A stretch of DNA of 64,000 nt from contig CP145419.1 of NCBI GenBank assembly GCA_036867785.1, positions 868,001-932,000 of the forward strand, given 5' to 3'. Positions 22,364-33,600 of the stretch are shown here, piece by piece. The number at the start of each line of letters is the position of its first letter. The first letter of the stretch is position 1. The notes beneath the pieces were generated by a model that worked only from the letters and a program-made list of their open reading frames with translations, ran no database searches and was not told where the DNA came from. The position numbers were made by a program, and so were the translations under genes. This DNA comes from Plasmodiophora brassicae (taxonomy: Eukaryota).

Positions 22364-25300
22364 AGTAAACATTTCTTTTGGTTCCGAACCCGACTTTCTT
22401 CATGTTACGGATTTATTCTTTACGTCGGCTACATCTATACCACATCTATTGGTACCGGTCTGTCTCGTTATCGGCTCACGTCGCGTCAGTACGCTCGCCT
22501 TGTTAGACTGTGGCGCGACGTCCAATTTTATCGACTGGTCGTTCTGTCGTCATCACGAAGTGCCTGTTCGCGCCAAATCGCGTGCTATTCCGGTTCGCGT
22601 CATTGACGGCCGTCATCTGGCCCCAATTACTCAGGAAACCGCCCCGCCACGAATCACCGTCGACGAATGTTTCGACAGTGACGTCGTCCTGAACATGATC
22701 CATTCGCCGCAGCATCCTGTCATCCTCGGCCTGCCGTGGTTGGCGGATACAAACCCTGACATCGATTGGCGGAGCCACCGTCTCCAGCATCGCGGCCCTC
22801 GCATCGCGGGGATCTCAATCCCGGCAGGAGACCTCCCTGCGTCTACGCATGCAGTTGATTCGGCGGCATCAGTCGAAACATTGCCGACTGCCTCAGCATC
22901 TGAGGTAGCCGAGGTGGAGGTAATTGCCCTCCCTGAGTTGGCTTCTGACGACGACGACGACGACGATTACTGCATGCGTAGACGCAGGGAGGTCTCGGCT
23001 GCGGGCGTCGATAGCTCTAGCGCTTCCGTCATCGCTCCCGATTGCCTCTCGGAGGTCGCTGTCACTGATACGGTGGCCGCCGGTCACAGTGAACCGCCTG
23101 CTGCTGTTGTCGACAGCTCTAGCTCTCCCGCCCTCGCGCATGCCTGCCTCTCCGAGGTCGCTGCCGCTGCTAATGTGGCAGCGTGCCACAACGATCCGTT
23201 ATCATCGTTCCCCTCGGGCCCCGAGCCGTCGTGCGTCCGGCACCGTGGACCCGTCCGTCGAGGGGCGGGACAACGCCTCTCGCCGCCTCGCCCCTCTGGC
23301 GGGCTTCGTGGTCGCCACATTATTAATCTTTTGATGACTGCATCCTTGGTCGCCCTGGCCTGGGTCCTTGGGTGGACTTATCTTCCATTCACGCGGCTCC
23401 CTTCCGGCGCCTCTGCGGAGCCCCTGATCTCGAACGCCGCCGACGAGTCCTTCTTTACGCCCCTGGTCTCACCAGACGGTGACCCGGGGTCATCAACCTC
23501 GATTGCGTTCATCAGCGCTGAGCCGTTTCTGGATGCTATCGTTGACGACGCAGCTTGTTACCTTCTGCATTATACTTGGACCGAACTCGACTCGGACTCA
23601 GTCTCCGGGCCTGCGCTTCCTGACGCCTATCGCGAGTTCTCGGACGTGTTCGCCACTGGCAGCCCGGCGTGCCTGCCTCCTCACCGCGCTTCCGATTGCC
23701 CCATCGATCTTAAGCCCGGCAAGGAGCCACCATTTTGTCGGTTATATGGTCTCTCCCAACGAGAGCAGGTGGCCCTCAAGCAGTATCTGGAAGCCAATTT
23801 AAAGTCGAATTTCATTCGTCCTTCCCGTTCTTCGGCCGGTGCGCCAATTCTGTTTGTACGCAAGAAAGACGGCTCGCTGCGACTTTGTGTCGATTATCGC
23901 GGCCTAAATTCTGCCACGATCAAGAACCGGTATCCACTGCCTCTTATTGACCAACTTCTTGCCAACCTTAGTCGGGCCACGATCTTCACGAAAATCGACC
24001 TGCGCAGCGCGTATAATCAAATTCGTATCCGCGAAGGGGACGAGTGGAAGACGGCGTTTCGCACCCCGTATGGACTCTTCGAATATTTGGTTATGCCGTT
24101 TGGCCTCGCAAACGCACCGGCTTCGTTCCAGTCGTTCATGAATGATATGTTCAAGGATTACCTCGACCAGTTCGTTGTCGTATATCTGGACGGCATCCTT
24201 ATTTTTTCTGCGAACGTCGCCGACCATGAACACCATGTGCGCCTCGTCCTGGAACGACTTCGGGCTAGCAGTCTTACCGCTAATATGGAGAAGTGTGTTT
24301 TCGGCGCCAAGGAGGTCGAGTTTCTCGGCTACCTCGTTTCTCGAGACGGACTGCGCCTCGACCCTGCCCGTATCGACACTATCCTGTCTTGGCAACCGCC
24401 ACGAGATATCCATGGTCTCCAAGTATTCTTGGGATTCGCCAATTTTTATCGCAAATTTATTCCTCACTTCGCGGAAATTGCTCTACCACTCACAAACCTG
24501 ACGCGTGACGGTGTCGCCTTTATCTGGGATGCTGACGCTCACGCTGCATTCGGCTCTCTGAAGGTTGCGTTCACATCGGCACCTGTCTTGGGCCATTTCG
24601 ATCCTCATCAACCGTGTGATGTCGAGACCGACGCCTCAGACTTTGCCATCGCTATGGTCCTTTCGCAAAAGGGCGGCGCAGATGGGGAGTTGCACCCGAT
24701 CGCCTACTTCTCGCGGAAGCTGATTGCTGCCGAGATTAGCTATCCCATTTACGACAAGGAACTCCTGGCGGTTGTGGAAGCGTTCACTAAGTGGCGGCAG
24801 TTCCTCGACTCAGATCAGCACCAAACTGTCGTGCATAGCGACCATCGTAACCTCGTCCACTTCATGTCTACCCACAAGTTAAACAGACGTCAGGTTCGCT
24901 GGTCTCAACTGCTTAGCGAATTCGATTTCGTGATTCATCATCGTCCGGGGCGACTTCATGGGAAGCCGGACGCCCTCACTCGTCGTCCGGAATACCAACC
25001 TTCGCCTGGCGACGAAGAAATTCTAGCAATGTCTCAACAGCTGCTTCCACCGCATCGCTTCTTCCGCCCGGACCCAGCTATTCTCTTTCTCCAGACCGGT
25101 ACATCCGGCATCTCCCTTGTCGAACGTATTCGTCGCGAACAAGCCGATGACCCCTTCGTCCAGAAGACGTTATTATCGCTGGACGGGCCTCGTGGACGAC
25201 GTTTCCGCGTTGCCGATGGTCTCTTATACAACGGAACCGCTCTCGTCGTCGCTGGTGAGGCCTGCAAGCTGGAAGTTCTGCACAGCCTTCACGACAACGT

Positions 25301-26705
25301 TACCGCCGGTCATTTTGGGGTTCGCAAGACATTGCAGCTCGTCAAGCGCGAGTTCTGGTGGCCCAAGATGTCCTCGTTCATCAAGGGTTACGTGGCGACC
25401 TGTGACACGTGTCGCCGCGTCAAACCTCCTCGCCATCGACCATCCGGCCTGCTACTTCCGCTACCAATTCCAACCGCTCTCTGGTCCTCCATCTCAATGG
25501 ACTTTATCGTCAAGCTCCCCTCCTCCCGTGGCTATGACTCTGTACTGGTCGTGGTCGACCGTTATTCGAAGATGGCCCACTTTGTGGCGTGTCGAGAATC
25601 CATTTCCGCGGATCAGCTGGCCGATCTGTTTCTTCAGAACGTGTTCCGTCTGCATGGCCTGCCCGACGACATTGTTTCGGATCGCGGACCCCAGTTCGTA
25701 TCGTTGTTCTGGAAGCACCTCCTATGCCGTCTCGGCGTTGAACGCCATCTGTCATCATCCCGCCATCCCGAATCTGATGGCCAGACCGAGCGCGTCAACC
25801 AGATATTAGAGCAATACCTTCGCTGTTATGTGTGCTACCTGCAAGACGACTGGGAGCCATTATTGCCGCTGGCCGAATTCTCTTACAATAACGTCGACCA
25901 TTCGTCCACTGGAATGTCTCCCTTCTTCGCGAACTACGGCTACCACCCTCAGCTACGCGACCCTCGTCCTTGCAAACACGGTAGCTCCAATCCCTCTGCC
26001 GATGAACGCGTGGAGAACTTGACGGCCATTCGCCGTTACCTACACCGCCAACTGCATCGTGCTGTCAGCACCATGAAACGAGCTGCGGATCGGAAACGCC
26101 GACCTCATCCCGACTTCAAGATCGGGGAGTTGGTCATGCTCCGTCGAGGGGCAATTGCGACTGGCCGGCCATGCGGTAAGCTGGATGTCCAAATGCTCGG
26201 GCCTTTCGAAGTTAGTCGCATCGTTAATCCGGTCGCCTACGAACTCCTGCTCCCGGCATCCTTCCGCATCCACAACGTCTTCCACGCATCCCAACTGGAA
26301 CCGTACGTCCCGAACGTGATACCCCATCGTGTGCAGCCTCCGCCACCCCCGATTCTGCTCGACGACGACGACCAACCGCTGTTCATCGTGAAGGAGGTCC
26401 TGGACTCTCGATATCGTGCTGGTAAGCTGCAGTATTATATCGACTGGGAAGGCTACCCTGCATCCGAGCGCACCTGGGAACCCGCCTCCAACTTGCAGGG
26501 CACCGGCGGATTCGATCGCCTGCTCGCGGCATTCCACGCTCGGTACCCAGACAAGCCCGGACCCCGTCTTCGACGCCCGACACTGCACAGGCATTGTCAT
26601 TCATACCTAATGCCGTCGTCGCTGCTTCCGCTTTGTCTGGCGTTGCGCGTTACTCGCTCGCTTGGTGCTGGGGCGAAACGACGTAGAGCTTCCGCTTGTG
26701 GATGA
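22320..26705 (+). CDS. pol: Gypsy-1 Pol (protease, RT, RNase H, integrase, chromodomain), expressed via -1 frameshift; RT active site mutated
   Basis: LLDCGAT, LCVDYRGLN, YLDG (for YLDD), ETDASD, HHCC, SMDF...SDRG...QTER, GPF, and chromodomain YYIDWEGY...TWEP. The last ~40 codons are read-through into duplicated foreign sequence. Confidence 0.92.
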   Translation, partial: GKCARASVNGFPSRPVNISFGSEPDFLHVTDLFFTSATSIPHLLVPVCLVIGSRRVSTLALLDCGATSNFIDWSFCRHHEVPVRAKSRAIPVRVIDGRHLAPITQETAPPRITVDECFDSDVVLNMIHSPQHPVILGLPWLADTNPDIDWRSHRLQHRGPRIAGISIPAGDLPASTHAVDSAASVETLPTASASEVAEVEVIALPELASDDDDDDDYCMRRRREVSAAGVDSSSASVIAPDCLSEVAVTDTVAAGHSEPPAAVVDSSSSPALAHACLSEVAAAANVAACHNDPLSSFPSGPEPSCVRHRGPVRRGAGQRLSPPRPSGGLRGRHIINLLMTASLVALAWVLGWTYLPFTRLPSGASAEPLISNAADESFFTPLVSPDGDPGSSTSIAFISAEPFLDAIVDDAACYLLHYTWTELDSDSVSGPALPDAYREFSDVFATGSPACLPPHRASDCPIDLKPGKEPPFCRLYGLSQREQVALKQYLEANLKSNFIRPSRSSAGAPILFVRKKDGSLRLCVDYRGLNSATIKNRYPLPLIDQLLANLSRATIFTKIDLRSAYNQIRIREGDEWKTAFRTPYGLFEYLVMPFGLANAPASFQSFMNDMFKDYLDQFVVVYLDGILIFSANVADHEHHVRLVLERLRASSLTANMEKCVFGAKEVEFLGYLVSRDGLRLDPARIDTILSWQPPRDIHGLQVFLGFANFYRKFIPHFAEIALPLTNLTRDGVAFIWDADAHAAFGSLKVAFTSAPVLGHFDPHQPCDVETDASDFAIAMVLSQKGGADGELHPIAYFSRKLIAAEISYPIYDKELLAVVEAFTKWRQFLDSDQHQTVVHSDHRNLVHFMSTHKLNRRQVRWSQLLSEFDFVIHHRPGRLHGKPDALTRRPEYQPSPGDEEILAMSQQLLPPHRFFRPDPAILFLQTGTSGISLVERIRREQADDPFVQKTLLSLDGPRGRRFRVADGLLYNGTALVVAGEACKLEVLHSLHDNVTAGHFGVRKTLQLVKREFWWPKMSSFIKGYVATCDTCRRVKPPRHRPSGLLLPLPIPTALWSSISMDFIVKLPSSRGYDSVLVVVDRYSKMAHFVACRESISADQLADLFLQNVFRLHGLPDDIVSDRGPQFVSLFWKHLLCRLGVERHLSSSRHPESDGQTERVNQILEQYLRCYVCYLQDDWEPLLPLAEFSYNNVDHSSTGMSPFFANYGYHPQLRDPRPCKHGSSNPSADERVENLTAIRRYLHRQLHRAVSTMKRAADRKRRPHPDFKIGELVMLRRGAIATGRPCGKLDVQMLGPFEVSRIVNPVAYELLLPASFRIHNVFHASQLEPYVPNVIPHRVQPPPPPILLDDDDQPLFIVKEVLDSRYRAGKLQYYIDWEGYPASERTWEPASNLQGTGGFDRLLAAFHARYPDKPGPRLRRPTLHRHCHSYLMPSSLLPLCLALRVTRSLGAGAKRRRASACG

Positions 26706-27818
26706 TTGTCTCCCAGACGTCTGTGCACTAACTCGGGAACGTCCTCATAGATGATATGTGCAGGTTCCCACGTCGCCTCCTCAAGATCAAACCCAGACCA
26801 CGATACCTTGATCTGCAGTTCTTGCGTGTCTCGATCGATACGACAATCCAATAGGTCGTCCACAATCAAATGCTGGTCAGTGTGTTGGAGGTGGCGCTTC
26901 AAATCGACTGTCATGTTCAAGTCAGCGTCTGCATATCGTCGAATTCGTTGCGTATGTGAGTTGAAGCGTCGTCCAGATAGTGGGTTCTCCAACTCATACA
27001 CTTGCTCGTTGATTTGCTTGACAACTCGATACGGTCCCCGCCACTGCGCTATCAGCTTCTGCGCAGGACCTGGTACCGGCTTGGCATTGAGCACGTAGTC
27101 GCCAACGATGAACGATTCGTAGGAACTACTCTTGAGTCGTCGTCGTCGTTGCTCAATATTGGCAGCATGTCGCTGTGTCTTCGCTTCATCGACGGCCTTG
27201 TGGATCTCGTCGAGAGTCTCTTGCAACATCTGCACGTATTTGGCGAATCCCTCCGGTGGTACTCGTCGACACTGTTTTTCTACAGGGTCCCAGATCTGGT
27301 CAAGTGAACGTCCCGTGATAACCGTGAATGGCGCGTAGCCGTTGAGTCGTCGACTTGGTGTGTGGTTGATGACATGCTGAACAACAGGACATAAGTACGG
27401 CCAGTTGTGCGTGCTAATCTGGGCCTCGTTCAGGACTGATCGCATGCACAGTGCGGTTCGCGCGTTCCACCGTACCGTTAGCCCACGGACAATATGCCGT
27501 TGTGATGTGATGCTGAACATCTCGTAGCCGGGTAAGCTCCTCCATGACTTCTGCAGTGAAGTGTGAACCACCGTCCGTGACCAGGTACTCGGGCGTCGCG
27601 AAATCGGCAATCCACTGATTCAGAGCTTCCGCAGCAACACGACTTGTCGCTTCATCTGATGGAATCAGACGAACAAACCACTGAAGTCGTCGTTCAAGAG
27701 CAGGATATACTTGTACTTGTGGTCCGCGCCCCTGACAGGGTCCACATAGAGATAGTCCATGGTGAGTACGTCGAACGGCAGGTGACCATGTAATGCTTCA
27801 CCGAGTGGCCGAGGAACT
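26597..27818 (-). pseudogene. Gypsy-2 integrase-chromodomain fragment (frameshifted)
   Basis: PFDVLTMDY...YILLLNDDFS, WRGPYRV, chromodomain VSWSGF...ATWEP. Mirror copy at 50988-52209. Confidence 0.88.
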
Positions 27819-29917
27819 TGTCGAACTCCATGTCTAGTACGACCAGCAGCACACTCGTGCAGCCCGCTGCCGACGCCACGCACTCCGCAAGTCCTGTGGC
27901 AGCGCCGCCACAGGTGTAACGTGCACTGCGCCGTCGCCACTGTGGCGCCGTCTATCACGTTCACTGTCGTCCAATATTTTCGCTCCGTACCTACCTCAAT
28001 ACATCACTTCGCTATTGGCTTTCTTAGATTAACAGTCGTACGCGTTCTACGCGCTTCGAGGCGGCGAGCCCGCCGGCGCCCCGCGCCCCGGTGCCATCCC
28101 AGTGCCACTCCCGCGTCACTGCGTCTCTGCCCTGACCCTGCTTCTGCACGCGCCACGAACGCCCGCTCGAGTCCGCCCCACGCGCAAGAGAGTCCGGGCA
28201 GATCGCGCCAGCAAGGCAGGCCGTCATTAAGGGGGGATCCAGAACCAGTACCGGGACGTAAGCGCCAGGCGTACGCCGGTCGTACGGGCCTCAATCGCTT
28301 GCCTCAATCGCTCCGCAAGATAACGTTGTCCGTCGGCGCAATCCGCGTCGACGTCGTCCTGAGCCAGATCCAACACCCTGCGTGTCATCGTCGACCCCGC
28401 CACAGCAAATTGCGCCATTCATGTCACCTCTAGCTACGCCACGATTCGTCTCGTGCCGCGTCAACGAGCCAAGGCATACGAGCACGTGCAAGGCCGTGTT
28501 GTTCAGGGGGCGTGTCAAGGACCATGTCGTACCACCGGCACACGGTGACGCCGTGACTGTGCGCGACTGCGTAACGTCCACGGCAGAGGCTCCGCCACTG
28601 ACGCCGTTGTCGGTAACGGCTTGGCAAGCCCCTGTTACATAGCGTTACGTCGCCGTCGTCTCGCTCCGATGTCGGTCGGAATAAATCACTTCGTTATCGT
28701 CTTCATCAGATTAACAGTCGTATAGGCGCAGGCGCCGAGCCCCTACTCGCCATGGCCGAGCGCCAGGCGACGCCAGACGCGGATGACGACCCGCTGAGCC
28801 ATCTGACGCTCAACGAGATCGACACCCAAATTGCCGAAGCGGAGGCAATCATCGCAAGGAAGGAGAAGATCGAACGTCTTTGCGTCCTGCAGCAACAGCT
28901 GGCGCGTCCGACCAGCTGTCCACCGATCCCATCCGTGCCGACCGTCACCGAGCGCACGCCCGAGGCGACACAGGTCGCCTGCCGATGCCCAAGTTTGACG
29001 GGACGCCCGACTCGTTCACGTCCTGGATTCAGACCGCTGCCCTCTGGCTCCGCAACCGTGGATACGCAAGCGTCATCGGGATCAATGAAGACGGCTCGCC
29101 GACCACGAAAACCGATACGACGCATGACCCAGCTCTGGAAGCGGCAGCGCGTGAAATTCTACTCGTCCACATGCTGGACCACAAGATCGCGTCTGCGCTG
29201 TCCTTGTTCCAAGCAGGCTCGGCTGCCAAGTGCTGGCGCGTCTTGTTCCAGGCGTACAGCCCGTCGTCGCGGGCATCGGTCGTGCGCGCCGTCCGCGACC
29301 TCGTCACGATCCAGCACACACCCGGTGAGTCTGTCGCCACATACGCCGCCAGAGTTCAAGCCGCAGCTCACCGGGTCCGGGCAACGGTACCGACCGAAAT
29401 GCTGTCCCTTACTGACGCTCTGGTTGCCGTCCTCATTCTGGCCAATGCGTCATCCGACCTGGACGCGGTCGTCGCCGGCCTGCACAACCGTGCACTGGAC
29501 ACGCTGCCCAGTGTTTCCGAGGTGGTTGCGTCACTGACAAGCGAAGAGATTTGCATTCGCGATGTTCGCGACCGGCAGGAATCATTCGAGACGGCCAACC
29601 GCTCCAGTTGCAGTACGACCCCGCGTGCCAGTGGACCGCGACGCAACGAGGCCTGCGTCTTCCATCCAGGGTCCAAGCACACCAATGGCGAGTGCAACCT
29701 GCAGCGCAGCATCTGGCGTCGCGACAACAACAACACCAATGCATCGTCCCCAACGTCCCACGAGTATCCCTCGTGCGGTGCACTCCCGACAGATCAGGCA
29801 CCCGAGCCGATCCATGCGCTGTCGGCACGACATCCCCTCGACCCCGAACCAAGCTCAGTAGGCCTGCTGGACTCCGCGTGCTCCACCACGATGACACCCC
29901 TGCGCCGTCATCTCAGC
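27819..29917 (+). mobile_element. Chimeric Copia remnant: LTR C (27819-28026), PBS, short internal region, PPT, LTR B (28513-28708), PBS, frameshifted gag/protease
   Basis: GATTAACAGTCGTA follows both LTRs and CAGGGGGCG precedes LTR B. The gag from 28752 is homologous to 30874. Mirror copy at 48889-50987. Confidence 0.85.
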
Positions 29918-30641
29918 ATTCAGAGGAGGAGGACGATGTTCCCGAACGCGTCGTCCCCCCGACGTGGTCACCACCTGATACTTGTGGCTGCGGTCGTTCA
30001 GACGGAGCTCGGCGCAGGTCTTCTTGGATACGCCACCAATCTGGGCCGAACCGTTGACAGCGGCCTTGGGAATGATCCACTCCTGCATCTGCTTCATAAT
30101 CGCCTTCAGGTCCCCTTCGCGCTTGGACTTGTCCTCCTTGACCCATTGCCTTGTGAAGTCACCTAGCCTCCATGGTTGCAACGTATCAACCAACAAAGGG
30201 CCAAGGGCTCTACGCCCACCGACCGTTTCGCGCATGTGCTGCCAGCCTCGTCTCCACTGGATTCCAGTCATGCGGTCCAGGATCGACCCTACTTGATCCC
30301 TCAGAGTCGGGAGGCTGGTGTCCATCGACAGCTCATTCGCGATTTTGGCCTCAATGTCTTGGGTCGTCAGGCCATGACTCGCTGGAAGCGATCTGCGATC
30401 GATCCATCCTTCCAGGTTGTCATCTGTCAGCAGGTCGACATTGTTCAGGAACAGGTGATTCAACGCGATGCAGGTCGGTTGCGGCGTGGTAAAGCAGAAT
30501 CGTATCGCTTGAGGCTTGATCCTCGCGGCTTCCGGACGGTTGCCCTCACGGTCGATCACCACTGCACAATATCGATCATATTGCTCTTTCAACTTCAAGA
30601 TGGATGTGGAGTCCAACTTCGCGACCTGTGGCAGGATGCTG
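29918..30641 (-). pseudogene. Gypsy-2 gag-like ORF, split by the Copia insertion (5' part at 35883-35941)
   Basis: Removing the Copia and one ACATC joins MASETTSSTDEHIGVKDADV to SILPQVAKLDSTSILKL. It lies just downstream of the Gypsy-2 5' LTR. Mirror copy at 48165-48888. Confidence 0.7.
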
Positions 30642-30646
30642 ACATC

Positions 30647-33600
30647 TGTCGAACAACGTATCCACTACGACCAGCAGCACATGCCTGCAGCACGTGAACG
30701 CCGTCACGCACTCCGCGACTCCGTGCCCGCCGGCGTTGGCAACCGTTACACCGTCGGCGACTACGTCGCCACTGTAACGTCCGCCGCACACGCCGTACGT
30801 AATACATCCACTCCATTATTGTCTTTCTCAGATTAACAGTCGTATAGGCGCAGGCGCTGAGCCTCTACTCGCCATGGCCGAGCGCCAGGCGACGCCTAAC
30901 ACGGATGACGACCCGCTGCGTCATCTGTCGCTCGAGGAGATCGACACCCGAATTGCCGAAGCGGAGGCAACGATCGCCAGGCAGGAGAAGATCGACCGTC
31001 TCCGTGTCCTGCAGCAGCAGCTGGCGCGTCCGACCAGCTGTCCATCGACCCCGGCCATGCCGATCATCGCCGAGGCGCACAGCCGAAGCGACGCAGGCCG
31101 ACTGCCCATGCCCAAGTTCGACGGTACTCCCGACTCGTTCACGTCCTGGGTTCAGACAGCTGCACTCTGGTTTCGCAATCGTGGGTACGCGGACGTCATC
31201 GGGATCAACGAAGATGGCTCGCCGACTGCGACAACCGGTACGGCACACGACCCAGCTCTCGAGGCAGCCGCGCGCGAGATTCTACTCGTCCACATGCTGG
31301 ACCACAAGATCGCGTCCGCGTTGTCTTTGTTTCAGGCAGGCTCGGCTGCCAAGTGCTGGCGCGTGCTGTTCCAGGCGTACAGCCCGTCGTCGCTGGCATC
31401 GGTCGTGCGCGCCGTCCGCGACCTCGTCACGGTCCAGCACATGCCCGGCCAGTCGGTCGCCACGTACGCCGCCCGAGTTCAAGCAGCGGCTCATCGCGTC
31501 CGGTCGATGGTACCGACCGAGATGCTGTCCCTCACCGACGCATTGGTCGCCGTCCTCATCTTGGCCAACGCATCATCCGATCTCGACGCCGTCGTCGCTG
31601 GCCTGCACAATCGTGCTCTGGACACGCTGCCCAGTGTCTCCGAGGTCGTCGGGTCGTTGACAAGCGAGGAGATCAGGGTCCAAGACGTGCGGGACCGACA
31701 CGACGCGTTCCAAACGGCCAACCGCTCCAGTTGCGCCACATCGACGCGTCCCCGTGGACCACGACGCAACGAGTCCTGCGTCTTCCATCCCGGATCCAAG
31801 CACACTAACGGCGAATGCACGCTGCAACGACACATCTGGTACCGCGACAGCAACGCGAAAAGCAATACATCCTCACCAACGTCCAACGAGTATCCAACGT
31901 CTGGCGCTCATCCGATCGATCCGGCGCCCGAGCCGATGCGTGCTTTGTCGGCACGCCACGCCATCGACGTGTACGCGAACTCAGTAGGCCTACTGGACTC
32001 AGCGTGTTCCACGACGATGACGCCCCTGCGCCGACATCTCAGCTGCTATCGCCAAGGCACCGGACCGGAAGTTGAGCTAGCCGATCTGTCGCGTACGACC
32101 ACTTCCGGTCGAGGCGTGACGTCATTCGGCATGGATGTCCAGGCGACGAGTATCGATTCGCTGCACGTTCCCCGACTTGGCCAAACGCTAGTATCAGTTG
32201 GCCAGCTCACCAGATCAGGTCACAAGATCGTGTTCGACGGCGATACCGCGAAGATCTACTCGGGGGCCAACTGGACGGCGCCCGTCGGTCAGCCAGTGGC
32301 CGTCAGTCAACGAGGACACGATAACCTGTACCGGATTCCATTATCCGCTCCAACCTCCGCGCCCGGCACACTTCATTCCGCCCGAGTCTGCTCCTTGATC
32401 GCATCCAGCGTCTCATGCCGCGTCGCTAAGGTCACCGCCGCAGCTCCAGCTGTCTGGCACGCTCGAACCGGCCACCTGGGTTACGGCAACCTGCGCATCC
32501 TGCACAAACGTTGTCGTGGCATGAAGTTCGACGGGCCAATCCCGAGGCCGCAAGATCGATGTCCATGCGCTGCATGTTTACTCGCCAAGGGCAAACGGTC
32601 ATCATTCCCTCCCAGTACGTCGCGCGCGCGTCGTGTTGGCGATCTCGTCCATAGCGATCTGTCCGGACGGTGGCCTGTCGTCGGTGTCGGCGGCTTTGAG
32701 TACTACCAGACCATGCTTGACGATTCCTCTCGGTACCTGTCCGTCTATCTGCTACGTCGCAAATCGGAGGCGCTCGACGTCATCAAGCACTATGACGCGC
32801 GTCTTCGCAACCAGGAAGGACGTGGTATCCGGACGTTCCAGACTGACGGTGGCGGCGAGTACAACTCCAAGGCGTGCGTCCTGTTCTACAACGAGTCCGG
32901 CATCCTGCACCGCAAATCTGTCCCGTACACGCCCGAGCAGAACGGCCGCGCTGAAAGCGTCAACCACACGCTCTGCGGTATCGAAAGCTCAATCCGGTGC
33001 CACTCTAGCATGCCTGACTCCACGTGGCCCTGGTCGCTGTCCTACTCTGCGATACTGTACAACATCCACCCGAGATCAGTCCTTCCCGGGCGTCGCACAT
33101 CGTTCGAGGCTGCTCGTCGCGCCCTACCTAACATCTCGGCCCTTCGTGTCTACGGTTGCGATGCCTATGCCATGCGACCACATCCAGCCACGAAGAAGCC
33201 GAGCAATTTGGAGCCTCGTCGTGTTCGCGCTGTGTTCATCGGTTTCACGCCCGGCATGAAGGCTTGGCGGTTCTACGACGTGGACCGGGAAGACACGTTC
33301 GAGAGCACGACTGCCGAGTTCCTGGAGACCTCGTTCACATTCGGCTTTGGAAGATCCAGCCCTGCTAGTTCATCATCAGCGCCACCGTCCAGTCCCGAGT
33401 CGAGCTCTGCGCCGAACGTTGACACGATCGTCCCGACGCCCGTCTCTTCCGACGCCGTCATGGCACCTCTACCATCGACGTCAGCATCCCCTCTCGCAGC
33501 ATCCCCTCCCGAGCCTCCGTCACCTGCCGCTGCGTCATCGCCTTCCGAGGTCGTCCGACCGTCGCGCTCACCGTCTCCTGATGACGTATCCACCGACGAA

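Larger units (their letters stand above)
20936..26579 (+). mobile_element. Ty3/Gypsy chromovirus (Gypsy-1), 3'-truncated (no PPT or 3' LTR)
   Basis: 146-bp 5' LTR at 20936-21081 (ends defined by the solo copy at 14096), gag, and pol in PR-RT-RH-IN-chromo order. Cut at the edge of the inverted duplication. Confidence 0.93.
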
